Positions 8,176 through 17,177 of a stretch of 32,000 bases of DNA are shown here, in pieces. The DNA is from Archaeoglobus fulgidus DSM 4304 (lineage in GTDB: Archaea > Halobacteriota > Archaeoglobi > Archaeoglobales > Archaeoglobaceae). The notes beneath the pieces were generated by a model. That model had not been told where the DNA came from and searched no databases. It worked only from the letters and a program-made list of their open reading frames with translations. A program made the position numbers and the translations under genes. Numbering within the stretch: position 1 is the first letter of the stretch; every line of letters begins with the position of its first letter. The DNA lies in NCBI RefSeq assembly GCF_000008665.1, contig NC_000917.1, forward strand, positions 180,001 through 212,000, in the 5' to 3' direction.

Positions 8176-9386
8176 ATTTTTTCCAACCTTTTTCTCACAC
8201 TCTCCGCATGCCACCTCAACCCTTCAGCTTCTGCAATTTTTACTACATCCCCTCCAATTCTCCTCATGCTCTCCTCGCTCAGCATCTGGAAGGTGAAGTG
8301 CTTCAGAAAGCTCTCAACGCTCAGGCCGCCGTAAATCTTGGCGTAGCCTGCAGTGGGTAAAACGTGGTTCGTTCCAGAGGCGTAGTCTCCTGCTGCGACG
8401 GGAGAGAAGTTTCCGAGAAAAACGCTGCCAGCATTTCTGACTTTCCCGAGCCATTCCTCCGGATTTTTAACCGCTACCGTGAGGTGCTCCGGAGCAAATT
8501 CGTTCGAAATTTCAAAGGCCTCCGCCAAGTCCTCAACAACGAAAACGGCGAAGTTGCTGAAATCTCCTTCCGATTTGACCTTTTTTTCCACCTCGTCGGC
8601 AACTTTCCGGGAGGTTGTGAGAACCACAGCCACTGCCATCGGGTCGTGCTCAAGCTGAGCGAGGCAGTCGCAGGCTATGAAGTCCGCATTAGCAGTTTCG
8701 TCCGCTATAACGAGAATTTCCGAAGGGCCTGCAGGCATGTCTATTGCCACATCCTTTGCCACAAGAAGCTTGGCCGCTGTGACGTAGATGTTTCCAGGCC
8801 CCACAATCTTGTAAACCTTCTCAACAGTTTCGGTTCCGTATGCCATGGCCGCTATCGCCTGCGCTCCGCCTGCCTTGTAAACCTCATCAAATTCGGCAAT
8901 ATCGAGGGCAACGAGGGTTAGTGGGTTTACTTTACCATCCTTGTTGGGAGGGGTGCAGGCGACCAGTTTCTCAACTCCCGCAATCTTTGCCGGAACGCCT
9001 ATCATTAAGGCCGTTGATGGATAGCTTGCTCTCCCGCCTGGAATGTAAGCGCCAACCTTCTCTATGGGGGTGTAGATTTTCCCCATAACGCAGTCCTCGA
9101 ACTCAACCTTCATATCCCTCTCAACTGATGTGACGTAGTGGAACCTGTAGATGTTCTCCTTCGCCACTTCAAGAGCGTCAATGAGGCCGTCATCCACCGC
9201 ATCATAAGCCTTCTCAAACTCATCCTCCGTAACTCTCAGGCTGTCAAGCTCGACTCCGTCCAAATCCCTCGTAAATCGGATTACAGCTTTATCTCCCTCC
9301 CTTTTGACGGCCTCAACGATTGGCTTTACCTTTTCAATGTAATCGTCAATGCTGACACTCCTTCTGAGCCTCAGAATTTCCTCCAT
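8172..9386 (-). CDS. hisD: Histidinol dehydrogenase
   Basis: 404 aa with typical HisD sequence throughout (GGAQAIAAMAYGT, EHDP, APEHL, GDYASGTNHVLPT). Confidence 0.95.
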   Translation of the reverse strand: MEEILRLRRSVSIDDYIEKVKPIVEAVKREGDKAVIRFTRDLDGVELDSLRVTEDEFEKAYDAVDDGLIDALEVAKENIYRFHYVTSVERDMKVEFEDCVMGKIYTPIEKVGAYIPGGRASYPSTALMIGVPAKIAGVEKLVACTPPNKDGKVNPLTLVALDIAEFDEVYKAGGAQAIAAMAYGTETVEKVYKIVGPGNIYVTAAKLLVAKDVAIDMPAGPSEILVIADETANADFIACDCLAQLEHDPMAVAVVLTTSRKVADEVEKKVKSEGDFSNFAVFVVEDLAEAFEISNEFAPEHLTVAVKNPEEWLGKVRNAGSVFLGNFSPVAAGDYASGTNHVLPTAGYAKIYGGLSVESFLKHFTFQMLSEESMRRIGGDVVKIAEAEGLRWHAESVRKRLEKI

Positions 9387-9411
9387 GCTTTAAGTAGGCG
9401 GGTGGAATAAA

Positions 9412-10125
9412 TCACTTTGCCAGAAGTCCGAGGAAGATCATCCTCTGAAAGAGTATGATTATCGGAAGGCTTATGCTCACGCCAAGAAGCTCGTCTCCAG
9501 CTCTGTAAACGCCGAAGGACTCGTAGCCTGAGATGAGGAGGAGCTCAAAGCGGTATCGGACCCCATCAATGACAGCATCGTTGAAAATGCCTGAAAACTC
9601 CTTTTTCAGCTCAAGGGTTTTTACGCTCAGGTCTGAAAATTTTTCAGCGTTATCGGTAACGACCGTAATATCCTCAGGACTCTTGATTTTTAGAATCATG
9701 TCGAGGTACACTCTCTTGGCGGTGATGACAAAAACCTCTTCACTTCTCTGGAGCATGGCCTTTGCTCTGTTCTTTATTCCTGCAAGACCTCTGACACACC
9801 ACACGGGGTGAAGGGTTGAGAAGTCCTCGGACTCCCTTATGCTTCTGATGGCTGTATCGACGGCGCTGACAAGCTGCTCCTTGTATTCCTCAAGAACGCT
9901 TTCAGGGTCTATCGCCCTGAAAACGGCTGGGGAGCTTTTTATCGTCTCAATCATCCCCCTGTCTTCAAGCGACCTGAGAACTTCGTAAACTTTGTTCCGC
10001 GGGACTCCGCTGACTCTGTGAATTTCGCTTGCCGTAGCCTCACCCCTCGTGGCGAGGGTTGCGTAAACTCTCGCCTCGTAATCCCTGAATCCGAGCCTTT
10101 TCAGAACCTCTATTATTTCATCCAT
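9412..10125 (-). CDS. TrmB-family transcriptional regulator
   Basis: The N-terminal winged helix MDEIIEVLKRLGFRDYEARVYATLATRGEATASEIHRVSGVPRNKVYEVLRSLEDRGMIE is a classic TrmB N-domain. I take the ATG at 10125. The 22-aa track extension to 10191 would run through the divergent promoter. Confidence 0.85.
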   Translation of the reverse strand: MDEIIEVLKRLGFRDYEARVYATLATRGEATASEIHRVSGVPRNKVYEVLRSLEDRGMIETIKSSPAVFRAIDPESVLEEYKEQLVSAVDTAIRSIRESEDFSTLHPVWCVRGLAGIKNRAKAMLQRSEEVFVITAKRVYLDMILKIKSPEDITVVTDNAEKFSDLSVKTLELKKEFSGIFNDAVIDGVRYRFELLLISGYESFGVYRAGDELLGVSISLPIIILFQRMIFLGLLAK

Positions 10126-10145
10126 TGTTACTACGAAGGTAACAA
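10125..10145. promoter_or_regulatory. Inverted repeat TTGTTAC-N7-GTAACAA; candidate operator (TrmB autoregulation?)
   Basis: Perfect 7-bp arms at 10125-10131 and 10139-10145. They lie between the shared TATA-like box and the trmB-like start codon. Confidence 0.35.
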
Positions 10146-10146
10146 C

Positions 10147-10158
10147 AAAATTATAAAC
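10147..10158. promoter_or_regulatory. Shared TATA-like box AAAATTATAAAC of a 53-bp divergent intergenic region
   Basis: Palindromic TTATAA at 10151-10156. It lies 25.5 nt from the plus-strand ATG (10179) and 28.5 nt from the minus-strand ATG (10125). Confidence 0.4.
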
Positions 10159-10178
10159 TTTTTTGATTTCAATGAGAC

Positions 10179-12209
10179 ATGCGTGCGCCATTACTCGCGA
10201 CAGCCGTCGCGTTCCTTCTCATCTATCCCGCGGTGGCCCAAGAAATTTCAGCAAGTATCGATTTTCACGCAAGCGTTGCCGGAAGCAATGTTCTGCATCC
10301 CGGGGATAAGAAGGCTATAACAATCGTTCTCAGTTGCGAGGTAGTAGGGTGGTTGGATAATCCTCTTCCAATTAACGAAAACACCTCAAACATACTACCA
10401 ATGCTTACAACTGCAAAATCAGTCATTCTTGAACCCAGAAACTCCCAGATCGAAGTGGAAAGCGAGAGTATTCTCGTAGGAGATGTACCATGTGGCAGAG
10501 CAATACCTGTTAGCGTCGTTGTTAGCGTTGATAAGGACATCTACGAGGGAAAGCGCGCCCTATATTTCGACATCACTTACTCGAAAGCGAAAATGGTTCC
10601 TGTGGGGAATAACTACACAATAAACTTTGAAACTGGTCTGGAGACTTCAGTTGATGTGGAATTTGAAGTGAAGAAAAAGGACTATGATTTCGATGTAATC
10701 TCAATCACATCAGACCTCGTCGCAGGAAGGGAGGGGGTTTTGAAAGTTAAGCTGGAAAACACCGGTGAGAAGGCCTTGGAGGATGCAATCTTCATTTTAA
10801 ACGCAACACCACCTCTGATGGTCGAGCCGAAGGCGATGAGCGTTTATGCCGGTAATCTCGATGCTGGGGAGTCCTTTGAGGCGATGTTCAAGGTTTACGT
10901 TCCGGAAGGTGTTTTCCAGCAGTCCTATCCTGCAGAAGTTGTGGCAGTTTTTCGAACATCTTCCGGAATGCCGTACAAGCTCTCAAAGCCCATCGGCCTG
11001 AAAATTGAGGGTGCAGGTTATTTCGAGGTCGAGAAGATTGGAGAGTTTCTAAGTCCTGCCAAAACCTTAAGAGTTGAGCAGAGCGTCCAGATTCCATCAA
11101 TTCCGTTGCTTCAGCAGCAGAGTTCGGAGCAGAAAATGAGCAACGTCGTGACAATTCCTTCAAGAGGCTACCTTGCGTTGAGAATAACCAACACCGGCGA
11201 TGAGATCAGGGATGCCTTTGCAGTCCTGAGCTTCGACAATCCTCTTTTGAAGTCCACCAGCACACCCTACCTCGGAGAGGTGAAGAGGGGGGAGAGCAGG
11301 GATGTTGTGTTCTACATCACCTCCTCCGCCCCACCGGGAAGCTACCTCGGCTACGTGGTTGTGAAATACCGGGATGAGTACGGGGATGAGGCATTCGGCC
11401 CGAAAATTTACGTAAGCGTTAACGTCAGCCCCGCTCCCGCTCTGAAAGTTTCAAAGGTCGAGACGTCGAATCTCGGCATCGGTCTCGTTGGAGAGGTGAA
11501 GCTCAGCTTTGCTCAGTCAGATGCTAGAAACGTAAAGCTCTACCTGCTCTCCCCAGACTCAACCGTCAGTCCAGTAACATCATCCTCCTACGTCGAAAGC
11601 TCCGGCGATACGGCAACGTTCAGAGTGAAAGTTTCAAACGACGCCGTTGCGGGAAATCATCTCCTTTACCTCGTCGAGACCTTTGACGATGATTTTGCGA
11701 GTGACCTTGTCAGCGTTGAGGAGTTTCCGATTTACGTCGCTCCAAAGCTCGCGGCGTTTCAGTTAGTGTCGGTTAGGAGTGATTTGAATCCCGATTCGAC
11801 AGGAGATGTGGTGGTTGAGCTCAAGAACGCCGGGAATGCTGAAATCTACAACGCGGTGGTCATGCTCGAGGTATCCCCGCCGCTCAGCATCGCAGGCACG
11901 GGAACTTTCGGCGGTATGCTCGGAGAATCACAGCCCGGTGAGTACTTCGTTGGAACGGTGAAGCCCGGAGATGTTGTTACCGCACGCTTCAGAGTTGATG
12001 TTGACAAGGATGCAGGCGAGGGAAGCTATCCAGCATCGATAAAGGTTAAGTACTACGACGAAAGCAACTACGAGCACACATCCAACTCCATTGTCGTATC
12101 CCTTGAAGTCAAGCCGTCTCCACCTTACATTCTTTACGCTGCGATTTGCATCGCTGCAATCGGTTTCATCATAGCCGCAGCATTCGTGAGGAAAAGAAGA
12201 AAGCAGTAA
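10179..12209 (+). CDS. Secreted, C-terminally membrane-anchored cell-surface protein with repeated beta-sandwich (CARDB / COG1361 S-layer-like) domains
   Basis: Signal peptide MRAPLLATAVAFLLIYPAVA/QE. Repeated modules: LKVKLENTGEKALEDAIF..PPL, LALRITNTGDEIRDAFA..NPL and VVVELKNAGNAEIYNAVV..PPL, each followed by G(E/D)S/V..F.V and a Y..V.Y.DE.G segment. C-terminal PSPPY, a TM helix and RKRRKQ. Many N-x-S/T sequons. Confidence 0.75.
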   Translation: MRAPLLATAVAFLLIYPAVAQEISASIDFHASVAGSNVLHPGDKKAITIVLSCEVVGWLDNPLPINENTSNILPMLTTAKSVILEPRNSQIEVESESILVGDVPCGRAIPVSVVVSVDKDIYEGKRALYFDITYSKAKMVPVGNNYTINFETGLETSVDVEFEVKKKDYDFDVISITSDLVAGREGVLKVKLENTGEKALEDAIFILNATPPLMVEPKAMSVYAGNLDAGESFEAMFKVYVPEGVFQQSYPAEVVAVFRTSSGMPYKLSKPIGLKIEGAGYFEVEKIGEFLSPAKTLRVEQSVQIPSIPLLQQQSSEQKMSNVVTIPSRGYLALRITNTGDEIRDAFAVLSFDNPLLKSTSTPYLGEVKRGESRDVVFYITSSAPPGSYLGYVVVKYRDEYGDEAFGPKIYVSVNVSPAPALKVSKVETSNLGIGLVGEVKLSFAQSDARNVKLYLLSPDSTVSPVTSSSYVESSGDTATFRVKVSNDAVAGNHLLYLVETFDDDFASDLVSVEEFPIYVAPKLAAFQLVSVRSDLNPDSTGDVVVELKNAGNAEIYNAVVMLEVSPPLSIAGTGTFGGMLGESQPGEYFVGTVKPGDVVTARFRVDVDKDAGEGSYPASIKVKYYDESNYEHTSNSIVVSLEVKPSPPYILYAAICIAAIGFIIAAAFVRKRRKQ

Positions 12210-12221
12210 AAACTTTTTTAA
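12206..12221 (+). promoter_or_regulatory. Putative BRE/TATA for nac (GTAAAAACTTTTTTAA)
   Basis: The T-rich box is centred about 26 nt upstream of the ATG at 12243. It overlaps the stop codon of the preceding gene, and the T6 run could also act as its terminator. Confidence 0.35.
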
Positions 12222-12242
12222 CCTCCTCTTACAATTTTCCCC

Positions 12243-12572
12243 ATGCTTCCGATGAACCCAAAGCAGATGAAAAAGATGATGAAGCAGATGGGAATAGAAA
12301 TGGAGGAACTCGATGCCGAGGAGGTTATTATCAGAACGAGTGATGAGGAGCTCATTTTCCGCAACCCTAACGTTTCCAAGATTTCCGCGAGGGGAGTTGA
12401 GACGTTCCAGATTGTTGGGGAGTATGAGGTTGTAAAGAGGCCGCCGAAAATAAGCGAGGATGATATCAAGCTCATAATGGAGCAGGCCAACGTTGATGAA
12501 GAGACTGCAAGAAGGGCGCTTGAGGAGGCGGGAGGAGACCTGGCGGAAGCTCTTATGAAGCTGCAGGAATGA
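12243..12572 (+). CDS. nac: Nascent polypeptide-associated complex protein (NAC domain plus UBA)
   Basis: MNPKQMKKMMKQMGIEMEEL... NAC domain and C-terminal UBA (EDDIKLIMEQANVDEETARRALEEAGGDLAEALMKL). Confidence 0.9.
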   Translation: MLPMNPKQMKKMMKQMGIEMEELDAEEVIIRTSDEELIFRNPNVSKISARGVETFQIVGEYEVVKRPPKISEDDIKLIMEQANVDEETARRALEEAGGDLAEALMKLQE

Positions 12573-13312
12573 AGCCTCCGGTTGTTTTAACTAGAGGGAA
12601 GTACAGCTTCCTGGTTGACAGGTTTGAAGGTAAGCTCCACACACATCACGGTATAATCAACCTTGAGGAGCTTAGGGGAAAGGACTACGGGGATGAGGTG
12701 AGGACGCACCTCGGTGTCAAGTACAGGATTGCCCCCTTCAACCCGGCAGATTTCTTCAGGCACTTCAAGAGAGGTGCAACTCCAATCATGCCCAAGGACA
12801 TAGGAGCGATAATTGCCTACACCGGCCTATCTCCGGACTCGCTGATTTTCGACGCCGGAACTGGGAGCGGAATTCTTGCTGCCTACCTCGCGTACTTCAA
12901 CAAGTACGGGGAGGTTGTGACCGTGGAGAAAAGGCCCGACTTTGCTAAAATTGCGAGGGAGAACTTCAGAACTGCAGGATTGAAGAACATTCACCAGATT
13001 GTTGGCGACGCTCTGGCTGTTGCGGACTCCCTTAAGGTTGAGTTTGACCTCATCACTCTCGACATGAAGGATGACGTTGCCTTCATTAGGAAGGCGAAAG
13101 AAATTCTGAAGCCGGGAGGGCATATCGTTGTTTACAACCCCTACATCGAGGCTGCGAGGGAAGTTTATCTGGAAATGGAAAGGCGCGGATTCAAGGAGCT
13201 CGAAGCGTTCGAGTTGCTTAGAGTGGACCTAGACATCAAAAGAGTTGGGACGAGAACCTCAACGAAGGTCTGGCACACAGGCTACCTCGTTTTTGGAAGG
13301 TATCTGGGATAG
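12569..13312 (+). CDS. trmI: tRNA (adenine-N1)-methyltransferase, TrmI/GCD14 family
   Basis: ATGA overlap with nac. Contains PKDIGAIIAYTGLSPDSLIFDAGTGSGILAAYLA (GCD14 motif plus SAM motif I) and a Rossmann-like remainder. Confidence 0.8.
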   Translation: MKPPVVLTRGKYSFLVDRFEGKLHTHHGIINLEELRGKDYGDEVRTHLGVKYRIAPFNPADFFRHFKRGATPIMPKDIGAIIAYTGLSPDSLIFDAGTGSGILAAYLAYFNKYGEVVTVEKRPDFAKIARENFRTAGLKNIHQIVGDALAVADSLKVEFDLITLDMKDDVAFIRKAKEILKPGGHIVVYNPYIEAAREVYLEMERRGFKELEAFELLRVDLDIKRVGTRTSTKVWHTGYLVFGRYLG

Positions 13313-14415
13313 AGGAAGCGGAAAAGCGTTGGGGAAAGCAGGCACGATATTATAGTGAATGTCACCAATGCGGTGCTCTCGAACTCGGTAATAACTCCTG
13401 AGGAGACTCCGATTGCCACACCGGCGATTGTAAGGCTCAGCTTCGTGGACTGAAGCATACCCATCGAAATCGCCCTTCTCAAACCGAAGTTTGAGGCAAA
13501 AATCAGGGATGGAATTCCCTTAACTGCAACAGATACGGCAAGCAGAAGGAGAATGAAACCAATCCCCTCTCCGGCCTGCGTGATATTGAGCTCACTACCC
13601 GTTTTGATGAAGAAGATGGGGATGAAGAATCCAAAACCCATACCGTAGAGCTTGTCGTAGAGCTTCTTTCCGCCCCTGAAGGTTATCGAAAGCAGAACTC
13701 CCGCAAGGAAAGCTCCCAGAATTGCCTCAACTCCGAGGAGGGAGCTCAGGCCAACGAAGAGAATCATGATGGCCAGGCTCCCCCTCACTCCGATTTCAGA
13801 AGGCTCATCCGAGAACCACCTCGATATGAAGTCAGGAAAGTGCCATATCACCAGCTTACCGAAGCGGTAGGCTGCGAGGAAAACAAGAATTATCAGGAAG
13901 GCAAAGGCTACCTGCAGGTAGCCAGTTATGAAGTAAATGGAAAGCAGAAACATCGTAGAGAAATCGGAAACCAGAGCGGTTACTATGTTCAGCTGCCCGA
14001 AATCCTCCTTTTCCAGTCCAATTTCCCTCAGCACAGAGACTACAACACCCACCGCCACGTTTGTAAGGATGATAGCGTAAAAGAGGTTTAATCCCATTAG
14101 AGCTGTTAACGCGACGCTGAGAGCGAGTGAGAGGGCGAAGAACGCTACAACCCTCTTTAAATGGCCGCTCTTCAAAACCACATCTGCGTCAATCTCAAGC
14201 CCGGCAAGGAACATGAGAAAAATGAGGCCGAAAAGTGAGAGAAATGAAAGCCATTCGGAAGCGTAGATTACGTTAAGGAAGCTAACACCGAAAATCATGC
14301 CGAGCACGATCTCAAGAACAACTACCGGAACCCTTAGCTTGTCTGCGATTAAAGGGGAAATGAAGGCGGTTAGGGAGATTAAAGCGATGGTGGCGAACTG
14401 CTCTACCTCACTCAC
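13282..14415 (-). CDS. Monovalent cation:proton antiporter membrane subunit (CPA2, Kef/NapA-like)
   Basis: 377 aa with about 11-12 TM helices. The N-terminus LIADKLRVPVVVLEIVLGMIFG is typical of the Na_H_Exchanger family. GTG start overlaps the upstream gene's stop (GTGA). Confidence 0.85.
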   Translation of the reverse strand: MSEVEQFATIALISLTAFISPLIADKLRVPVVVLEIVLGMIFGVSFLNVIYASEWLSFLSLFGLIFLMFLAGLEIDADVVLKSGHLKRVVAFFALSLALSVALTALMGLNLFYAIILTNVAVGVVVSVLREIGLEKEDFGQLNIVTALVSDFSTMFLLSIYFITGYLQVAFAFLIILVFLAAYRFGKLVIWHFPDFISRWFSDEPSEIGVRGSLAIMILFVGLSSLLGVEAILGAFLAGVLLSITFRGGKKLYDKLYGMGFGFFIPIFFIKTGSELNITQAGEGIGFILLLLAVSVAVKGIPSLIFASNFGLRRAISMGMLQSTKLSLTIAGVAIGVSSGVITEFESTALVTFTIISCLLSPTLFRFLYPRYLPKTR

Positions 14416-15581
14416 TCTACCACCAGAACGGAAGACTCCTTGTCGAGAATTATTTTCCAGAGAATGTCTCTGTCAATGTTCCCGATGTCATTGGAGAGGG
14501 AGAGAATGACGAGGTCGTAACCGCTCTTGAACTCCTTTACCGCATCAACCATGGGGTTTCCCCTTGAGACCTCCACTTCGAGGTCCGTTTCCGTAAACTT
14601 GGAGAAGTGCTTTATCTGCTCCTCGTCGAGGAAAAGGGCCTTCGCTTTGCCAAAAAACCTCGAGAAGGCCTTGGCCATGCTGATTATCGTGTCCGGGTTG
14701 GAGGTGTTAACAAGAGCGAGAATTCTCCTGTAGTCATCCCTTCCCGACAAAACCAGAGTTGGAAAGCTTGAAACAAGCTTTTTCAGAATTTCTTTGTTCT
14801 TCTCGGTCAAGGTCGTAGCGATCAGGTCAAGCTCGTCGCTCTTTTTAAGGATGTTGATAGCCTCCTCAAGCTCTACGCTCTCACCATAGCCTTCAAGAGC
14901 GCAGGCGTAAGCGCCACCGACTTTTTCAAAGGTAATCAGGTTCGCTCCGAACTTCTTGGCTACCATCTCAGCCTCTCTGATTTCCCCTTCACCCATGTCT
15001 CCTTTGAGCAGCAGAATGTTGTCGAAGGGATTTTTTGTGGTTCTCACCTGCTCGCCGCATACAAGCCCCAGCAAATCTCCCGCCTTCAGCTCAAGGTCCG
15101 GGAATGGCTGTAAGACTTTTCCATCACGGAAAACGGAGATGACCATGCAATCCTCGCCAGCATCGTATTCTTTCAGCGTCTTTCCCTCCATTTCAGCCTC
15201 AACTTGTATCTCAAAGTACCTGTTCTTCCTGAAAATGGTTGACAGCAGAGCTTCAACCGAGCCGCAAATTTTTGATACTCCTTCAACCTCGTAAAGCCAG
15301 CACTTGTCTTCATCTGCGGCAACAGCATAAACGTCAAGTCCCAGCAGCTTGGCGGTTTTTACAACCTTAATGTTGAAATCGTCGTTGTCTGCAAGAATTA
15401 TTTTCTCTCCCATGTCAAATCTCGCGAGAATTTCAGGATTGGAGGCGTCCCCGTTTAAAACGTTGAATCCCTTTTCCTTCAGCCTCTCGGCTGAGTCAGG
15501 GTCTCTGTCTATGATTATGCAGTCTGGTAGCTTTGAGGCTATCCTTGCTGCTCTGTCTCCGGTTGATACGACAATGTACAT
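14412..15581 (-). CDS. Cytoplasmic regulatory protein: RCK (TrkA-N-like plus TrkA-C) fused to two USP-like modules
   Basis: TrkA-N-like fold with a degenerate glycine motif (IVVSTGDRAARIA in place of GxGxxG). TrkA-C segment (EGKTLKEYDAGEDCMVISVFRDGKVLQPFPDLELKAGDLLGLV). The C-terminal half has USP-like ends (DLIATT..., YDLVILSLS...SSVLVVE). Confidence 0.7.
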   Translation of the reverse strand: MYIVVSTGDRAARIASKLPDCIIIDRDPDSAERLKEKGFNVLNGDASNPEILARFDMGEKIILADNDDFNIKVVKTAKLLGLDVYAVAADEDKCWLYEVEGVSKICGSVEALLSTIFRKNRYFEIQVEAEMEGKTLKEYDAGEDCMVISVFRDGKVLQPFPDLELKAGDLLGLVCGEQVRTTKNPFDNILLLKGDMGEGEIREAEMVAKKFGANLITFEKVGGAYACALEGYGESVELEEAINILKKSDELDLIATTLTEKNKEILKKLVSSFPTLVLSGRDDYRRILALVNTSNPDTIISMAKAFSRFFGKAKALFLDEEQIKHFSKFTETDLEVEVSRGNPMVDAVKEFKSGYDLVILSLSNDIGNIDRDILWKIILDKESSVLVVE

Positions 15582-17092
15582 CAGCTCTTTCTCCTCTTCA
15601 TCCTCAGGAGGTAGTTAACTGCATTGATGACCGCATCGATTGAGGCCATCACTATGTCCTGTGCCGCTCCTCTGGATGTGAACGAATGCCCTTCATCGTC
15701 TTCAACCGTTACGTAAACCTCAGCAAGAGCATCGCTGCCTCCAGTTATGGCGTCCATTCTGAATTCCGTGATTCTTATGCTCTCCCCAACCAGAGATGTA
15801 ACAGCCTTGAGGGAGGCGTCAACAGGCCCCACACCGATTGCTGAGGTGACCTTTCTGTGACCGAAAACCTCGGCGTTCAGAACTGCGGTTGGCGTGATTT
15901 TGTTGCCGGTCAAAACTGTAACCTCGTCAACGAGAATGGCCTTCTCTTCCCTCTTCAGTTCGCCTATGACCACTTCAGCTATGGCAAATAAATCCAGGTC
16001 TGTAACTCTCTTCCCCTTGTCCCCCATCTCCTTTACCTTCTCGAATATCTGGTTCAGCTTCTCGTCGTCAAGATGGTAGCCGGCCTCCTCAAGAATCTTC
16101 TTTATTTGATACCTCCCCGCATGCTTTCCTATGACGATTCTCCTTTTATGTCCGACCATCTCCGGCGTAACTACACCCGGCTCGAAGGTTGAGTACTCTT
16201 TCAGCACTCCGTGGGCGTGTATCCCGCTCTCGTGGCTGAATGCGTTCTCCCCCACAATCGGGTGGTTTGGTGGCATCTTAACTCCGGTGAGCCTCTCAAC
16301 GAGCTTTGAGGTCTCGAAGAGGTGCTCCGTTTTGATGTTCGTCTTTATCCCCTCGATTGCGTGGAGAATCATCACAACCTGCGCGAGGTCAGCGTTACCG
16401 GCCCTCTCCCCAATTCCGTTCACTGTCACCTGCACCTCATTGGCTCCGGCCATCACTGCCGCGTAGGTGTTCGCAACCGCCAGCCCGAAATCGTTGTGGC
16501 AGTGGACGTCTATCGGAACCTTGAGGTGCTCCCTCAGCTGCTTGATGAGCTCGTAAAACTTGAAGGGCGTCGCTACACCGACGGTGTCTGGAACATTCAC
16601 GATGTCAACTTTTGCATTTTCAACGGCCTTGAAAATCTGCTTGAGGTATTCAACCTCCGTCCTTGTCGCATCCATCGCGGAGAACATGCATTTTACGCCG
16701 TGAGATTTGATGTACTCAACGCATTCGACCGATTTTTCAATAATCTCTTCTTTCGACATCTTTACGGTGTGCTCTATCTGTATTCTGGAGGTGGGGACGA
16801 AAATGTGAACCATATCAACGTTAGCGTTAATGGCAGCATCAATATCCTCCTTAACGATTCTCGCAAGACCGCAAATTTCAGCATTAAGGCTGAGCGAGCT
16901 TATCTCCTTAACCGACTCGAACTCCCCCTTCGTTGCTGAAGGGAATCCGGCCTCGATAACATCCACGCCGAGCTTGTCGAGTTGCTTGGCTATTCTGATT
17001 TTGTATTCAAGGGGGAGCGAAACTCCGGGCATCTGCTCTCCATCTCTCAGGGTGGTGTCGAAAACTCTGATTGTCGTCATCACTGCTGACAT
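15581..17092 (-). CDS. leuA: 2-isopropylmalate synthase / (R)-citramalate synthase family enzyme
   Basis: Contains RVFDTTLRDGEQ, HCHNDFGLAVANT and a C-terminal LeuA-dimer regulatory domain. LeuA and CimA cannot be distinguished by eye. Confidence 0.9.
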   Translation of the reverse strand: MSAVMTTIRVFDTTLRDGEQMPGVSLPLEYKIRIAKQLDKLGVDVIEAGFPSATKGEFESVKEISSLSLNAEICGLARIVKEDIDAAINANVDMVHIFVPTSRIQIEHTVKMSKEEIIEKSVECVEYIKSHGVKCMFSAMDATRTEVEYLKQIFKAVENAKVDIVNVPDTVGVATPFKFYELIKQLREHLKVPIDVHCHNDFGLAVANTYAAVMAGANEVQVTVNGIGERAGNADLAQVVMILHAIEGIKTNIKTEHLFETSKLVERLTGVKMPPNHPIVGENAFSHESGIHAHGVLKEYSTFEPGVVTPEMVGHKRRIVIGKHAGRYQIKKILEEAGYHLDDEKLNQIFEKVKEMGDKGKRVTDLDLFAIAEVVIGELKREEKAILVDEVTVLTGNKITPTAVLNAEVFGHRKVTSAIGVGPVDASLKAVTSLVGESIRITEFRMDAITGGSDALAEVYVTVEDDEGHSFTSRGAAQDIVMASIDAVINAVNYLLRMKRRKS

Positions 17093-17177
17093 TAGGCTAA
17101 GCTGTAAATCGTTTTCGGTGCCTTAGATAACAATTTATCGAAATAAATAAAATTCTCGGCAACTGCTACAAATCAAA

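Noticed and set aside
10126-10191. 22-aa N-terminal extension of the TrmB-like gene, and similarly 26241-26309 for aroD
   Set aside because: The conserved protein N-termini start at internal ATGs (10125 and 26240). The extensions overlap a promoter or the upstream gene.
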